This document shows, piece after piece, positions 1 through 15,050 of a stretch of 64,000 nt of DNA; the stretch's first letter is position 1, and every line of letters starts with the position of its first letter. This DNA comes from Camelus ferus (taxonomy: Eukaryota), in NCBI RefSeq assembly GCF_009834535.1, contig NC_045697.1, forward strand, positions 67,396,001-67,460,000, given 5' to 3'. The notes under the pieces are model-generated. The model saw only the letters and a program-made list of their open reading frames with translations. It made no database searches and was not told where the DNA came from. The position numbers were made by a program, and so were the translations under genes.

Positions 1-610
1 GGGGTTCAGGGAGCTTCCAGGTTGGTGAACACGTGACGATGCCAGGAGAGTGAGATGCCTGGAGAGAGCATGGACGCTCCATTCCCCTTCCCACTTACCT
101 TGCCCTGTGAGTCTTTTCAACTGCATGTTCAGCTGTGTCCTTGATCACATTCTTTGTAATAAACTGGTAAACATAAGCAAATATTTCCCTAAGTCCTATG
201 AGCTACTCTAGCAAATTAATTGAAGCCAAAGCGAGAGGAGGTCATGGGAACCTCCACTTTGTAGCCAAGTCAGACAGAAGTTGTGGCTAACTTGAGAACC
301 TACTACTTGCAACTGACATCTGAAGGGAAGTAGGGAATTGGATTGTCCTGTGGGGCTGAGCCCTTAACCTGTGGGATCTGACACTGCCTCCAGGAAGACA
401 GTGTCAGAATTGAGTTAAATTGTAGGATACCAAGCTGGCATCAGAGAATTGCTTGGTGGGGGAAAAAGCTCCACACATTTGGTGATCAGAAGTGACGTGC
501 TCTATGTGAGTAGTAAAGGAGACACACAGAGGGAAAACACACAGTGGAGAAGGACTGGGTTTTTCCCTACATAGAAAAGGAAAAAAAAAATCTGAGTTTT
601 TCCTTTATAG
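1..610 (+). mobile_element. MER21-like LTR (cut by the window start)
   Basis: Motifs gagcttccaggttggtgaacac, aataaactggtaaac, cccttaacctgtgggatctgac, gtgtcagaattgagttaaattgtagga and ccacacatttggtg. Visibly homologous to the reverse complement of 16199-17075. Confidence 0.75.
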
Positions 611-1209
611 AAGTTTTACTGATTTACCAGTAAGAATATTTGAGAGGCAGGCAATGCTAACAAATTTTGGCTATCAGACAAAAAGAAAATTTGCTAGAAG
701 TGCATCAAGAGAACATAGAATAAACAAACTGAAGTTATAGGACTAGGACTGAAAGATAATTAGTAACCAGGGTTGCCCAAAACAGTAACCAAGGCTGCGT
801 AAGAGCTTACATTGACACAAAATTTTGGTCATGATGATGTTACAATTCCTAAGGGATATCATTGCTGATTCTATAAAATAGATTCTGACTCTCCCTTGTC
901 TCTGTATCATTAAACCAAGATTCAAAGATGAGAATACAGACATCTTATTGGCCAAATCTAGGACAAACATTTCACCCTGATTTTCAGAGAACAGGAAGAA
1001 GAATTTTCTTCAGCCTCAACCAGTTTTCATCTTGTACTGCCTCCTGAAAGATTGTGCACAGTGAGGCATTTACTAAACTGGGGGTTAACTGGAAGCTGCA
1101 GATGAAAATTACAAATATCCTAGATAAATAGAAATGTTGAACCAAACAAATACAAATTTTTCCTTATATCTTGCCATCTGGAAGAAGAAAAACTATATAA
1201 ACATATCAG

Positions 1210-1520
1210 GATTTTTTTCAATTTCAAGTGACAGAAATCCAGCTCATACTACTTCATAATACAAAGGAATTCATCAGTTAACTTACCTAAAAAGTCTAGG
1301 GTTATGTCTGGCTTCAAATGGCACTGGATCCATTCCAAATAGTGTGCTATGGATTGGTTCCTCCATCTCTATCTCTAGGTTCTAATTTTTCTCACAAGTT
1401 AATTTTCAGGCAGCCACTTACCCCACAGGGTAGGAAAGCTGCTTCTTCCGGAGCCTCATTGAAAAAAAGTATTCCACTTTGAAATCCCAGAGGATCCAAT
1501 GCTGGAGAACTGACATGAAA
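1210..1520. mobile_element. Old MaLR (MLT1-type) LTR fragment
   Basis: caagtgacagaaatccagctca...aaaggaattcat...aaaagtctaggg resembles an MLT1J/K-type end. Confidence 0.45.
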
Positions 1521-1689
1521 GACATAGAAAGAATAAACAACCCAGAGGGATCTTTCCACATTTCTAGAAGTGATAATTATGTAGGTCAATAAGAAAATCC
1601 TGATGGAAAGTCCCCAATATTGAAGATAGATAGAAAAAAGCCCAGTCTTTATTTTAAAGTGTTTATTGAACTGAAAAACATTAATTTAT

Positions 1690-3420
1690 ACATCCAAGCT
1701 CAATGATACTCACTTTAAAATAATACAAAGAGATACATAGATACATTATTATCAAACTGTTGAAAGACAAAGACAAAATGAAAATCTTTAAATCAGCAAG
1801 AGAAAAATGACTTAATGCATACAAGGGATTTGCAGTAAGAATATTGCTTACTTCTCAGCAGAAACAATGGGGGCTAGAAAGTAGTGGAATGATATAGTCA
1901 AAGGCCTGAGAAAAAAAACAAACAAAACAACAACAACAAAGAAAACAAAATAAAACTATCAACCAAGAATTCTGTATTCAGCAAAAACTATGCTTCAAAA
2001 ACTGAAGGCAAGATACAGATACTTCCATGTAAACTAAAATAGATAATTTGTTGCTAGTAGACTTCATTTACAAAAAATACCAAAGGAAATCCTTCAGGTG
2101 AAAAGGAAATGACTCCAGGTGGTAACTCCAACCCATGCAAAGATAAAAAAAAGCACTGCTAAAATTTTTATGTAGGTAAATACAAAACCAGTATAATAAT
2201 TTGTTCTCTTTATTTCTCTTAATCAAATTAAAAGAAAGTTGTATAAAACAATAGTTATAAAACTGTATTGTTGGGTGTATAACATATAAAATTGTATATG
2301 ATAATGATTGTTTGAAGAAACAGGGAGGAAATTTTGAAGCCAAGTTTCTATATTTTACTGGAGTATATTGTGCATATTTTACTATAATATATTTTATATG
2401 TTTTTAGAAGGTACCAAAAAGAGGAACAGAGAAACATGACATAAGATACATAGAGATCAAAAAGCAAAATGGGAAACTTATAGTTGACTTTTACGTTAAA
2501 GGTAAACAGATTAGACATTCCAATCAAAAGGCAGTGATTATCAGTCTAGATAGAAAATAGAATCCCAATATTTGCTATCTACAAGAGACATAAGTTAGAC
2601 TTACTAAAAAATACCAAAAGGCTGAATGTAAAATGAAGAGGAGAGATAAGCCATTAAAATTACAACCATATGAGAGTTGGAGTTGTTATACTAATATCAC
2701 ACAAAATAGACTTTAAAGGAAAAATATTATTAGAGAGAAAATGATCATGAGAATATATAGAAATTATGAACATATGAATACTTACAAAGAGAGCCCTAAT
2801 TGATACAGAGGAAGCAAAAAGGTTAAACATGAATTTAGCATATGAACCAGCAATTCCACTTCTAAGTATCTACCTGAAAGAAAGGGAACAGATAACCACA
2901 TAAAGGCTTGTATAAAAATGCTCACAGGAGCATTATTAATCAGCGCCCCAGATGGATGGAATCGAATGTCCATCAAATGGTGAGTAGATAAAAAAAATAT
3001 TACCGTGTATCTATGCAGTGGAATACTATTCTGCAATAAAAAGGTCTTGACTACTGATACATGCTCCCACTTGGATAAATCTTATATATAGGCTGGTAAT
3101 TCAAAAGAAGCAAGAGTCAAAAGCTCACATGTTTTACAAATACCTTAATATGCACTGTCCAAAGAAGGCAAATCTATTTAAAAAAAGAAAAAAGATTAGT
3201 GGTTTCCTGTGGCTGGGATTGGGAATGGGGTTAATTCCAGATGGGCATTAGGGATTTTGTTGAGTTGATGGAAGTGTATTAAATCTGGATTTTGGTGGTG
3301 ATTGCCCAACTCAAAAATTAAAAACAAAACAAAACAAAACAAAACAAATTGCATTGTATGTTTAAGACAGGCAAATTTTATAGTATGTAAACTATGCTTT
3401 AATGAAGCTGTTTAAAAACA
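1690..3420 (+). mobile_element. Degenerate, internally deleted old LINE-1 (ORF1 remnant, start of the ORF2 endonuclease, then the ORF2 end and 3'UTR)
   Basis: A-rich strand with ORF1-like text (aaaatctttaaatcagcaagagaaaaa, aaccaagaattctgtattcagcaaaa), EN-like text (tgctatctacaagagaca, ctaatatcacacaaaatagactttaaa) and 3'-end text (catatgaaccagcaattccacttctaagtatctacc, aatgtccatcaa, gtggaatactattctgcaataaaaag). Confidence 0.8.
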
Positions 3421-3519
3421 AAAGGCTAGATATTATATAGTAACTTTAAGTGTTAGTATAAAGTCTTATGTTTCTATGTAATTCCAACATTCTGTGATTT
3501 TAAAAACTTTGGTACATGT

Positions 3520-3880
3520 GGTGGAGATTAGACAGATTCTTTCTAATTTGTTTTCTCTTCCTGCAAACACAAGGGAAAAAAAACTGTATTTCTGTTTCCT
3601 GTGTGACTAGTTTTGGCTAACGGAATGTAGAGAGAAGTTATATACACCATTTCCTGGCTTGGTAATGGACTTTCTGCACTGTCCTCTTTCAACCTCATCC
3701 TTGTGACTGAAAACAAATGACTTTGGGTGGTGAAGACATGTAATGAGAAGAGTCACAAATCTGAGAGTGCTCAACCTGTATCAAGGTGTACTCATTAAAC
3801 AGGAAATCAAGTTTTATGATGTTAGGTCATTGATATTTGGGGATCCTAGTTACCATAGCTTAGTCTAGCTTACTTTAATA
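3520..3880. mobile_element. MLT1-type LTR remnant
   Basis: tgtgactagttttggctaacggaatgtagagagaagt...atttgggggatcctagttaccatagc, a MaLR-like pattern. Confidence 0.5.
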
Positions 3881-6800
3881 TGTTATATTTGTTATTCTAT
3901 AAGATTATCTCTGTTATCCAAATCTTTATTATAATTATTCATTATTTATCCTTCCTTTCCAAGATAATTTCCTAGAATCTACTTTTATTTGTTATTTGTT
4001 TCTTCAAAGTATGTGAATGGCTGAAAAAAGAGTATCTTTGTGATCATCTCAGCATTCTACTATTGACTCAGTTGTATACTGGCATATGCCAGGATAACAT
4101 TTGATGAGATATTATTCTCCATTTTCTAATCTGGCCATGCTTAAGGAAGTGATTTCTATCAATTCTGTCTTTTTCCTTCTCAACAAATATGGGCTATGAT
4201 AGCTACATGTAATTACTTTTACAAATTGAAAAAAAAAAATATGGTAAAGATCAAAGCCTGAAGCAGAAGATTATAGGCAAGAAGACAAATTAATGACTTT
4301 GTGTGGGAGTCGCCTAGAATGAAGCCAACCAGTCTGAGAAACTAGATAGTGAATTTCAGAGGATAACAGGAGTGATTCCAATAATATTGAAGTCACATAA
4401 TTTAATGAGAGTTTGGAAGAGGTGGTTAGGAGAAATAGAAAAGAAAATGCAAAGGACTATTTACAATCAGCAAATATGGTATGAAGAACTGGAGAGCATA
4501 TCAACAGAGAGACATCTGGAGCAGAGCCATATACTATCTGCATTCTGGGTATATGGGAATTGGGTGAATTTGGACAGTGAAGTGTATGAGTCAATTCTAT
4601 ATTCCAAGTAGTTGAATCTTCTTTGTACCATATTAATCTTCATGAGTAATATGTTGTTATATTTTGAAATTCTTTTAGCTTTAAAAGTTTAAAAACTCCG
4701 GTAATTTACTGTGATACTTTTCTCCTTCTAGCTCTTTTTCTTTTTTCTTTCTTTCTTTTTTCCTTTCTTCATTTCCTTTCTTTCCTTTCTTTTTGATGTT
4801 CTCAGTGCTCCCATGAGCAGAGACTCTATAGTTAGACTTCCTGAGAACAAATTGGCTCACTTCTACTTTTTTTTTTTTTTTTTGTTATGTGACCTAGGTT
4901 GTGGGATTCATGTCTTATCTTTTAATCTCTTGTAACTTGTCTCCAGCCATGCCTATTCTAATCAGGGTAGAAATACTATTTTATTTGACTCTGCATCTCT
5001 AGGTCCTAGCATCCTAGATAGAGTCTCTGGAAAGAGTAATTGTTAGAAGTTACTGGAATAATTTTTGTCAAAATTTAAAGAGGGAGAGATTCCTAGTTAA
5101 GATACTATCACTCTTCTCTATGTCTAGAATCTTAGAAACTAGGAGGAGGATGTATGAAAGGGAGGACCTGAAATGTAAATTATGCAATATTTCACAAATC
5201 AAGAGGAATAATTTTCATTACTATCAAAGAAAGGATAACACTGCTGTATTTGAGTGACATTAAAATAGTGAAGGTTTAGAAATCAGGAACACAGTTCTAC
5301 ACTTAAAGGCCTAGGGAATAAGAAATGTCATATTTATGATGTAAAGTATATTATAAATTCTTGCAATTTGGTGAAACAAAAGAGTATTCTCTGATTGATG
5401 AGTTACAGGAAGTACAGCTTGGATGTCCTAAGCCAGGCAAGATAATGGCAACATAAAACTTGAGCTTGCTAAAATTTATCTCTTTTTGGACAGGTCAGTC
5501 CCTGGCTTTCTGTAAACTGATCAGCTTGGAAAAAAGTAAAGAATCAACTAATGTTCCTGAGATATTGTAAATTCCTGGAAGACAAAATACTACTTTATTC
5601 TATCCCCCATATGACCAAACAAAAGCAATAATAGGTGCTTGACAAATATGTTTTGATGTCATTTGTTTGTTTTAGTGAGCACAATGCAAGGCAAACTAGG
5701 AATTTAGAATTAGCGCAGGACTCAATCTCTCCTTGTAAAGGCTTTTAATCTTACTAGGAAGACACAAATTTAGAAGCCTTTGTTGAGAACCAGAGAAGTC
5801 TTAGTTCTATTTACAACTTTCTAAATGACCCTAAGCTGTAAACATAATGATCTTACATATGCATTTTACTGTAGCATGTGGTTTGTTTCTTCTTAAAAGC
5901 CATAATAAAATATTTATAAATTTTAATATTTATATATGAATCCACAGGTTGAAAAATGAGACTAAAGGACACTTGCAAAGACTGGTAATTTTCCACTATT
6001 AGAATTTTTAGTTCTAATCAATGTTATGCCTGTATGTTATCTCACTATTGATTTGTCTTTTTTGTTTGTTTTATATTATCAATACTCTTAAAAAAAACTT
6101 TCAAGATAGTTCACTCTTAATTTTTCTATCATTTAGCAATTAAAATGAGAAGAAAAATCATAATATATTTTATTCTCTTCCAAAAATATGAAGTATTTTT
6201 TGTCACAAGTTTATAATTAATCATAAGGTTTATGGTGCTAAAATGAGAGAGCTTATTTTATGAGTAAAATGAAGTCAGCACTTTAACTTAATTTCTGATA
6301 TAAGATTCCATGTTTGTGTGTGTTCTCCATGTAAGCTTAATAATATTAAGGAAAACAGAGAATTTATATGCTACTTGTGTAATCTTGTGAACGTAAGTTG
6401 TATGTTTCATGTTCTGTGAAGAGCTGAAGGCCATATCTAGCTGTTAAGTGGATGAACAGATATAAAACATTTGAAGAGAACTTTGGTTTAGGCAAAATTT
6501 CAGCCACAAACCCAGAAAGAATTTCACTCATTTCTCTTTCCTCTCACTCACCTGTGCCAAGACTCTCGGATCATCAGTGATCTCAAGAAAAACAGGACAT
6601 TTCCAGTGACTTATAAAGGGGATTTCTATTATTGAATTTCTAAAACAATTGGCCCAGTTGTTAGTCTGGGCACTAACCTGGACTAGGAAAAGCTGCTCTG
6701 GAGAAGAAGTTGGAAGAGGAAAATCAAGAGAATTGGGTAAAATAGGCCTATTGCTTTGTGATCACAGAGGAAGGGGGGAAGGAGAGACATTAGTTGGCTT

Positions 6801-9800
6801 CATTCTTCTCACTGGGTGTAACTGTGTTTGTGTAAAGTTTGGCTTTAGACATCTACTTAGCTAACAAAAATATAAGATCTATTGTGTTCTAAGACCACAA
6901 AGCGCTCTTTGTGGAAAACAGCAATGAGCTGTTTCATTGTGCTGGAAACAAAGTTCAGAACAATTTACAAGCGTTTCTTTCTCTGTACTCAAAACCACCC
7001 ATTCGTGGGGAGAGGTGGGTGGAGAGGAGTTACCTAATTCCTCGAGAACCATATTTCAAATCAAAAGGACATGTTTAGACAGTGCCAATTTGGTTTACTT
7101 TCCTTTCTTTTTTTTTTTTTATTAGGGTAGTTATTATGTGAAAAGCAAAGCTTTGGTAATGTTTCTTTGATCATTGATCAGTCATAAAATTGATTAAAAT
7201 GCAGAGAATTAGCCATTTGCAACTGATCTGAATTGTTATATGACTGTTCTCTTCTTATAGCTGAAAAATCAATGAGCACATGGTAGTTAATGGCTATCGT
7301 GGAATACAGCTATAAGTGACTCTGCTGAGTGAAGACAAGTTCAGCAGTTTTCAACATACTCCATAGTCCATTCTTACTTGAAAATCTCTACTTTCCTGCT
7401 CCTGCAAGTGATCTTTCAACTAATGTGTTTTATGAAGACCTGACGTTTGTTTGGCCTACATTCAAGAAGTAAATTTAACATGGTATAAACAAAAAAGAGG
7501 TTTTAATAGTCATTGTAGGCAAAGAGAATTCCTCCACTAACAAACTAAATCTTCTACTCTTTAATAAATAAAATCGACAGACTCTATAATTTGTTTCCCA
7601 GTGTTGAGACTGTCACTTAGTTTTGCCTTTAAAAGCAGGCTATCTTCTGCTTATACTATCTTTGAACAGTGATTTAATACTAAATATTTGAGGATTTGCT
7701 GCCAGATTTGCTGATGACAGTAAATCCTTCAAAGGGAGTCTGTTCCTTTACATGGGAAATCTTTTTTTTTTTTAAACACATTTTATGCCTCCATTTTATT
7801 TCATCCCACTCACTCCACAATAGAGAGAACCTGATAGCAAGAAAAACCATTTGGTGTGTATATTTATTGGAAATACACAGATCTTCACTTTGTATTTTAT
7901 ATACAAAGTTATTGATTCATCCATCAAAATCTACTCATATGTTTGGAATAGGGCATGCATTGTGTATGTCAGCTAAATTCTGATATTGAGGCTGAGATTC
8001 TGCTATTATTAGGACACATTCAGAAAAAGTGCCTGGTCCAAACTTGAGATTAATAATAATGAGTAAAATCCTCATCAGCACAGAATATTTTGCCTTCAAA
8101 GGTAATATGTATTTCCATGGTAGAAAGGAAATGTGGCCTGTGCTGATATAAAATTATAAAAATGTGAAGTTTGTTGTTAAAGAATTTGTTCTGAATCTTG
8201 GGAGAGAAAAAATAGTGCTGTATGAGGTACAAATAATTCCATACAAAACCAGGATGACTTTTCCAGCATTTTGGAGATGACATTCTTAGATTTAATCAAG
8301 TGGTTTAAAAAATAACTTAACTGGACAAACCAAGAGGTAGAAATCAAAGTAACAGTAATAAGCTACTCAAATTATAGAAATGTTAGGGATCATTATAGGG
8401 TCTAATAGATAATAGCCTATAGTGAGTATCAAATTCTGTTAATGGAGAAGATGAAATATGTGATGGCTCTCCAATTCTTCTGAGTTTACAAAAGTGAAAG
8501 CTAATCTAAGACACTTTAGTTATATATATATCCCTCTGCATTTGTGCTTAAAAATATTTATAATTATTATGTTTATGGCTCATGATTTTCAAGTCATAAA
8601 ATGATTTATAAATGAGTAAATATTATGTCTGGGTGAAAGAAGAGAAATTTAATGAGGGATTCAATATAAGGACTCTGCCCAGATGAACCTAGACTAAGGT
8701 ACGAGTAAGTGGAGTGATGATATATGATACCTATTGTATGAAAGTTTCTCTGGGTATACAGTAATGCTATTTTCTGGACAATAGCCTTTATGTTAGAATG
8801 GCAAACATCCAATCTGATTGACTTCTGGGCTGGAAATTCTTAACCAGTGGTATAATCATCCTGATAAACTTGTTCAAATTAAACCACATTTGGGGGACTT
8901 ACTGATTTTTACTATAATGCCATGGTATTGTTGCCACATAGCTTTTACTTTGATTCTTGTTCCTGCTATTACAGAGCATAATTGTAATTGTTACTTTATA
9001 TTGATCCGTTTTTTATGTGCTAAAACTTTTACTGAATCTTTGCTAAGATATCATGGCACAGGGATGATTACCATCATTTTACAAATGAGAAAACTTAAGT
9101 TCTGAAATTTAGCCAATGTACTCAAGATCACAGAAGTAGTATTTGATAGAGTCAAGTGACACCCAAAGCCATAGGAATTCCCATTACATGTATGAAGAGA
9201 AACGGGCTCCAGTAGGAATATTTTGGGAAAGAATTAAAGTGTATCTCTATGTTCAGTAAGCAAAACATAATTGAGATCTTAACAGTGGATATTATTTTTG
9301 TTTTGGTTTTTATACCCCTATTGATTTTATTGTTTTTGTTTAAAACCAAATTGGATAAATAAAAATTTACTGTAAAAGAAGACCAGCTTTTACCCCCAAA
9401 GCATTTTATATACTCCACGCTGATATAAAAAGGATCTCCTTATGAGAAAGAACAATAAGGAAGGCAGAAAGAGACAAACATCTCATGTTTAGAGCCCACT
9501 GGGAGCTTCAGAAATGTGAAACAATGACTTCAAGTGTAAGATAATTCCTCCCATTCTTCAGTTGGTTTTATTGGCTCAATACTCATGTGTCTAGTTGTAA
9601 GAGCACCAATTTTTCAGAAATAAGAATCTGTGTGGACATTAAAAAATGCATCTAGGGTGGAAATACTATCACATGCTTGTCCTAGTACCAAGCACACACA
9701 TGGGCTTTTTATAAAGGAAAGCTTATTTTATTGCATTACATCAGCTTAAAACCCATGCAGCCATAGTAGAAATTGATTCCAGTTTGGATTTAATAACAAT

Positions 9801-11184
9801 ATTTTAATTTTGGTTTGCAATTTACAACTTACAGAGTGTTCTTATGTATATTGTCTGAGTTGAATTTCCATTTTACATAAAAAGACAGTGAAGTTCAGCA
9901 TTGTTTAAAATTTTGTCAAGAATTTGTCTGTAATGGCAGAACTCATGAGTTTTAGAAGTAGGAAATATAATGACAATTTTTTTTCAAGCCCAGAGTTCTT
10001 CCAACTCTACAGTGCTGTCATTTTAGTGATGGCATGATCTTTAATGAGATTCTTGTGATAGTGACTTGTTCAGTCAGTGAAAGTTAATATTAATTCATTT
10101 TTGGATTTAGTTGTTCAGCAAAATGTAGTGAGATTTTTATATACCAGTTACTGTCTTAAGTAAAGTAGATATAAAAGGAGGAGGTGCACAATTTGGGGAG
10201 AAATGAGTGAATTAGTGGGAGATGAAAAGTTTCTGTAGAGGAAATTACACTTTGTAGCTAATGCAGATGATCTAAGAAATTATTGACAGAGTCTTTGTAG
10301 CACTTAGAACCTGAATCGTGTGACAGAACATGTTTCATATTATTTCCTAAAAGGAGAAAACAAAGGAGGACTCCAGTAGGTTAAAGCAGCATTGCTATGC
10401 TTGAAAGGGTTGACCAGACTTGACTACCTGGCCTTCTCCTTTTACCTAGAATTTTCCCTGGGGCCAGGCTAAGAACTCTCTGGAAAACGTTTATTTGCTG
10501 CCAACTCTGGATGTATGATACATTTCTGTATCATGCTTTAGTATCTGTATTGGTGAGAGTTCAAATCAGTCAGTTTTCACCAGAAGTTAGTAGCTATGGG
10601 AGGTGGAGAACGGCCTGAGTTTTGACTCTTCTCTGAACTTGCTGAAAGTGTATGGCAATTGCCACATTCAATCAGTGTAAGAAAATCATGATTAACGCAG
10701 AGTTTTGTATTCAATATATATAAGAGGAAAAAATGTTGACCTCTGATGACTAGAAGAAAATAAAAATCAATGAAGAAATCAGGGATATATTTCAGCTGTG
10801 AGTTAGCTCCTGATATTTCACTCATCTGCTTTATGCACAGTCTTTATGTTCTTGGCATATTCACCTATACCCTTAATAATCAAGATCCTTCTTTCTTGCC
10901 TTTATCTCTCCAGCCTAGCTTCCTAATCATATTTCCTGCCTGAAGAGTCTTTAACTTTGTTAACATTCTTTTTCTGTCTCTACTAGCTCTCATTTATTGA
11001 GCACATATTATATTCCAAACACAGAGATAAACATTTTATATTCATGTTGGATGTAATCTGCTTAATACCTCTTTGAAATAAGTCAAATCTGATAAGGACA
11101 CTGAAGCTTTTAGAATTTCATGAGCCCTAATAGCTAATAAATTACAGAGCTGGGATTATAGCTCAAATCCATCTGGCTCTAAAG

Positions 11185-11580
11185 TTTTGGCAGAGATGGC
11201 TGATTTCTCCCCATTATCAGATCTCCCCTTTTCTATACATATGACCAACTATATAACAACCTTTGCTACAAGGAGAGGTCATGTGACTGGGTTCCACTTG
11301 TGGGACACGGTAACACAACTTCTGAATCATGATCATAAAAGAATATGCTCTTCTCTCTTGTTTTCTCTTTTGCCATTGTCCAGAATACCTTTATGAAGAA
11401 AGAAGCCATCACAGCTTGCTTGAACCTCAGATCAAAGCTGCATGTTTAGAGTCAGAGCAATAAGTCAGAAGAAAACTGTATCTCTATCACCATCAAGTTG
11501 CCACATAAGCCAATCAGACTTACACACACTAGTATTTTTGAATCTCTTAGATCAGCCTAATATCTATCTAGACTAACACA
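11185..11580. mobile_element. MLT1-type LTR remnant
   Basis: ggtcatgtgactgggttc and terminal cagcctaatatctatctagactaacaca resemble MLT1J/K. Confidence 0.45.
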
Positions 11581-12939
11581 GAGGCCCATGCTCTAAGACT
11601 CATTCTGAAAGTAAGAAAAAAGCAGTGTGAAACAGGAAGCATTTAATAATCACCTTTAGGGGATCACAGAAATGGTTTGAGAAGCTTTTGGTAATTTTAT
11701 GCCAGGAGAAAAGGAATCCAGGATTGGGCACGTTCATGGTTACCAAAAATAATTGGTGGTTTCACAGTGGATAGGTTAATGAGGGTTCAAGAAGCAATTT
11801 GAAACATCCAGAACAACTTTGATTCAAGCAATGAGGGCAAAGTATGGAGTATGAAGATACTGGGACAATCTGCCTAGCACAGTTATAAGCAATCGGGAGT
11901 AGTCAGAATGCAGTTTCAGAACTGGGATTAGGTGTGAAAAAAATCTGAGAAATTTCTGTAGAACTCATTTTTCTCTTGAGTGTGTTATGTTGTTTCTGAG
12001 TCTGTCAGGCACAATTTATTTGTATTCCGTTTACATATAATCATTTTAATGAATGTGCTGACCAATTATTCATCTTCTTATCTATTAATAATTTGGTTAG
12101 CTATTTTCTTTTTACATGAATATTAACAACTACCTTGTCTCAGTAGCTTAAAACTATTCTTACATTTTTAAACAAACTCTTCAGTATTCGGTATTTTATT
12201 GTATCCAATATACAACTGCCTTTAATTTAAAGTTTAGTATTTTGAAATACTAAATAAGAAAATGTTAATAATAAAAAAAATTTAACATCACTTACAACTA
12301 ATAAGAATCATAAATTGAATTTATGAGTTTTCTAGACCTGTATCAGATATGATCCAATACATTTAAATTCACTGAAAAGTCAAAAACATGTTTGGAATCT
12401 AAGGCATAGAATTCCTCAAGACTTATTTTTGGAGGAAAGTTAGTCATATAAAGTGGAAAAAAAAGCTTGACTTTTTATAATGGACTGTAGATCATGCTGA
12501 AGGAGTGTGGGTGGATTGGGCATTTACTCAGGAGAAGGAATTTACTCATTATTGGAAATTCAGAAAATAAAAACTTGTTTTTCAAAGATTTATGCTATGA
12601 TTTGTTATGCTGTTTCCTTTACAGCTTAAATAAAATATATGAAATATAGCAGCTCTCAATTACTTGGGCTCTATAATAATTTTAAAGAGAGGGTAAGATG
12701 TTACTGAAAATGCTATGGTAATTTGGAGATGTAAATATGGTAGAATGCATAAATAAAATTACTATCCCACTGTTTTTGTTTCTTTGATTTCTTTGCCCTC
12801 AAATGTTTGAAAGAGATCAGTTTCAATGAAAATCGTTCAAAGGCTTCCCAGCTCATTCAGTGTGACAGCCAGTCATTATACAAGATAGATGTTTGGCTCA
12901 GTCTGGCTATGGGGGAAAAGATTCTTCTGGTATAGGATC

Positions 12940-13495
12940 AATAGACCATATGGCAAATTATGCTTCCCCAAAAATGTCTACGTCGGTATATAGGCCATCC
13001 AACATCCTCTTCTTTCAGTATGGCTTGGGTGCTCCTGTACTGAGAGGCAGGGTCTTTGTTTCTTCCCCCTTGAACCTGGGCAGGCTTCTGTAATTTCTTC
13101 AACCAGTGGAATGCAGCAGAAATGATGCCTCATGATTTCCAGGGCTAAATCTTAAAGACAGCACAGCTCCCACCTATCTTGTTCTTGAAACACTTGCTAC
13201 CATGTTGTGAAGAAGCCCAGACCATATGGAGAGGCCACTTGTGTGTGTTCTGGCTGATAGCACCAGTTAGGTCTTCAGCTGAGAGCCGACATCAAACTTT
13301 GAGTGGATAAAAAACTTTAGATTATTCCAGTCCCTGGACTTAGAGTCTTTCAACTAATGCCCTAGACATCATGCTTCCCCAACTTCCCATCTGACCTAAA
13401 GAAATTATGAGAGATAATAACTGATTACTGTTATTGTAAGCCATCTCAATTCTTTGGTAATTTGATAGAGAGTAATACATGTGGTAACTGGATAC
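12940..13495 (+). mobile_element. MLT1 (MaLR) solo LTR
   Basis: tcttcccccttgaacctgggcaggc, ggaatgcagcagaaatgatg, ctaccatgttgtgaagaagcccag...catatggagaggcc, aaattatgagagataataa...gtaactggatac. Confidence 0.7.
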
Positions 13496-14599
13496 CTATG
13501 GCTACTAACCCTGGCTGCCAATAGATTTTGAGGATCCTTTGATTTATCTGCTGGCTTTAGAGTAACTCTGATAATTCTTTTCTGGTAGTGCCCAAACAAT
13601 GTTCTGTTGTTTTTTTTTTTAAAGTTGTAGCTTCTAGAGCAAACAAAGAAACCAAACGAATTAATCATTAGATTGCTTGGAATCTATGTCTTGAGGTTAT
13701 TATTATGAAGAAGTACAGTGAATATTTTTGACAAAATGTCAGATATCATTATATTTTTAAAAACACAAGATTTCCCTTTAAGTTAAATAATTTCACCAAA
13801 CACATTGTCTGATCTTTTAGTTTGGTATATTTATACATACTAACCTCCAAAAAGTCTCTTTTAGAAAAACATAATCATATTGAAAAAAAATTTGTTTTTC
13901 TCTAATTGTTTTCCTAATTGCTTCATAATGTGAATATGTACATCTCATTTTGAAATGAATTAAATCCTGTTTTAGGTACCAGATGGACAGAAGTGGTGGG
14001 TGCAGTTCTGTTTTTAGGCTGAGCACAGATGCAGCTCTGGGGGTGTGAATCATTCCCCACACTGTCCTGCCTCTGAGCAGCCTGTTCTGCTCTGGGGGAT
14101 TCCCCCACTGTTGGCTTTCCATTGCGGCGTCCAGGAATAGGCATTCATTTTAGCATTTAAGGGTTTCTGATCCCTCAGGAATTGAAGTTAGGCCACCAAT
14201 TCATTTCTGCAAACATTTATATGCTCAAAGGCTGAGGAGTAAGTGGCTAGTTTCCCTACATTCGTTTTCTATACCCAATTGTGATGGGAGAATTTAAGTT
14301 GAGGAGTCGACTGTCACCTTGATCTGTTGAAGACCTCGTTTCCTTTACTATAGGGCATGAAATGTGTGCTGCATGTTTTCTGATGGGCCATGTATTTTTA
14401 CTTCATTAAATACTAAAGCTCTTTAAAAAAAATAAAGAATGTGTTTTTGGTGCTTAAGAGTAGTGACACATCCCTGGCAGGGGTGTGTGGCTAATTAATC
14501 TTTCCTTTTTATAGGTTTAAATTCCAGCATGTAATACAATTCCAGCATTTAATAGACTCTGCTTGATGCGTTGATTAGGCCCTGTAAGGCCTCTGTGGA

Positions 14600-15050
14600 A
14601 GACTCCTTCAGTGTCCCGCCAGTATTCTGTGTTGTTGCCACTTCATCAGGCAACACTGCTCTGCTGTCGGCTTTCTCTTACAATTCCAGCCCACATTGCT
14701 CTTGTTTGGCTGGCTAAAAGTGCAGAGGAATGAATGGCCCTGGGGGTATCCCTCAACCAGTGACTGATAAGAGAGTTAATCTCTCCTTCCTTGCTCCTTG
14801 GAGAGATTAACTCTGAGTTTATAAATTTTACATTGGCTCCCAAGTGTCATTATGAGGATTAAGCTTCAGTTACTCACAGTGATGGCTGGCTAAATGACAT
14901 ATTTCCTCATTGGTTGTTTTCTTTTCCTTGTTTCACATCTACATTCTCCTGTGGGTGTGCCCTTCAGCCTTCCAGTGGACCAGCTAGTGGACTGACTGGC
15001 CCTGAATCCTTGTCTCAGGGCTTGCTTTTGGGAGAAAGCAAAATGAGGTA
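14600..15050. mobile_element. LTR16-like ERVL LTR
   Basis: ccctcaaccagtgactgat...taactctgag...ggattaagcttcagttactcacagtg...atccttgtctcagggcttgcttttgggaga. Confidence 0.6.
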
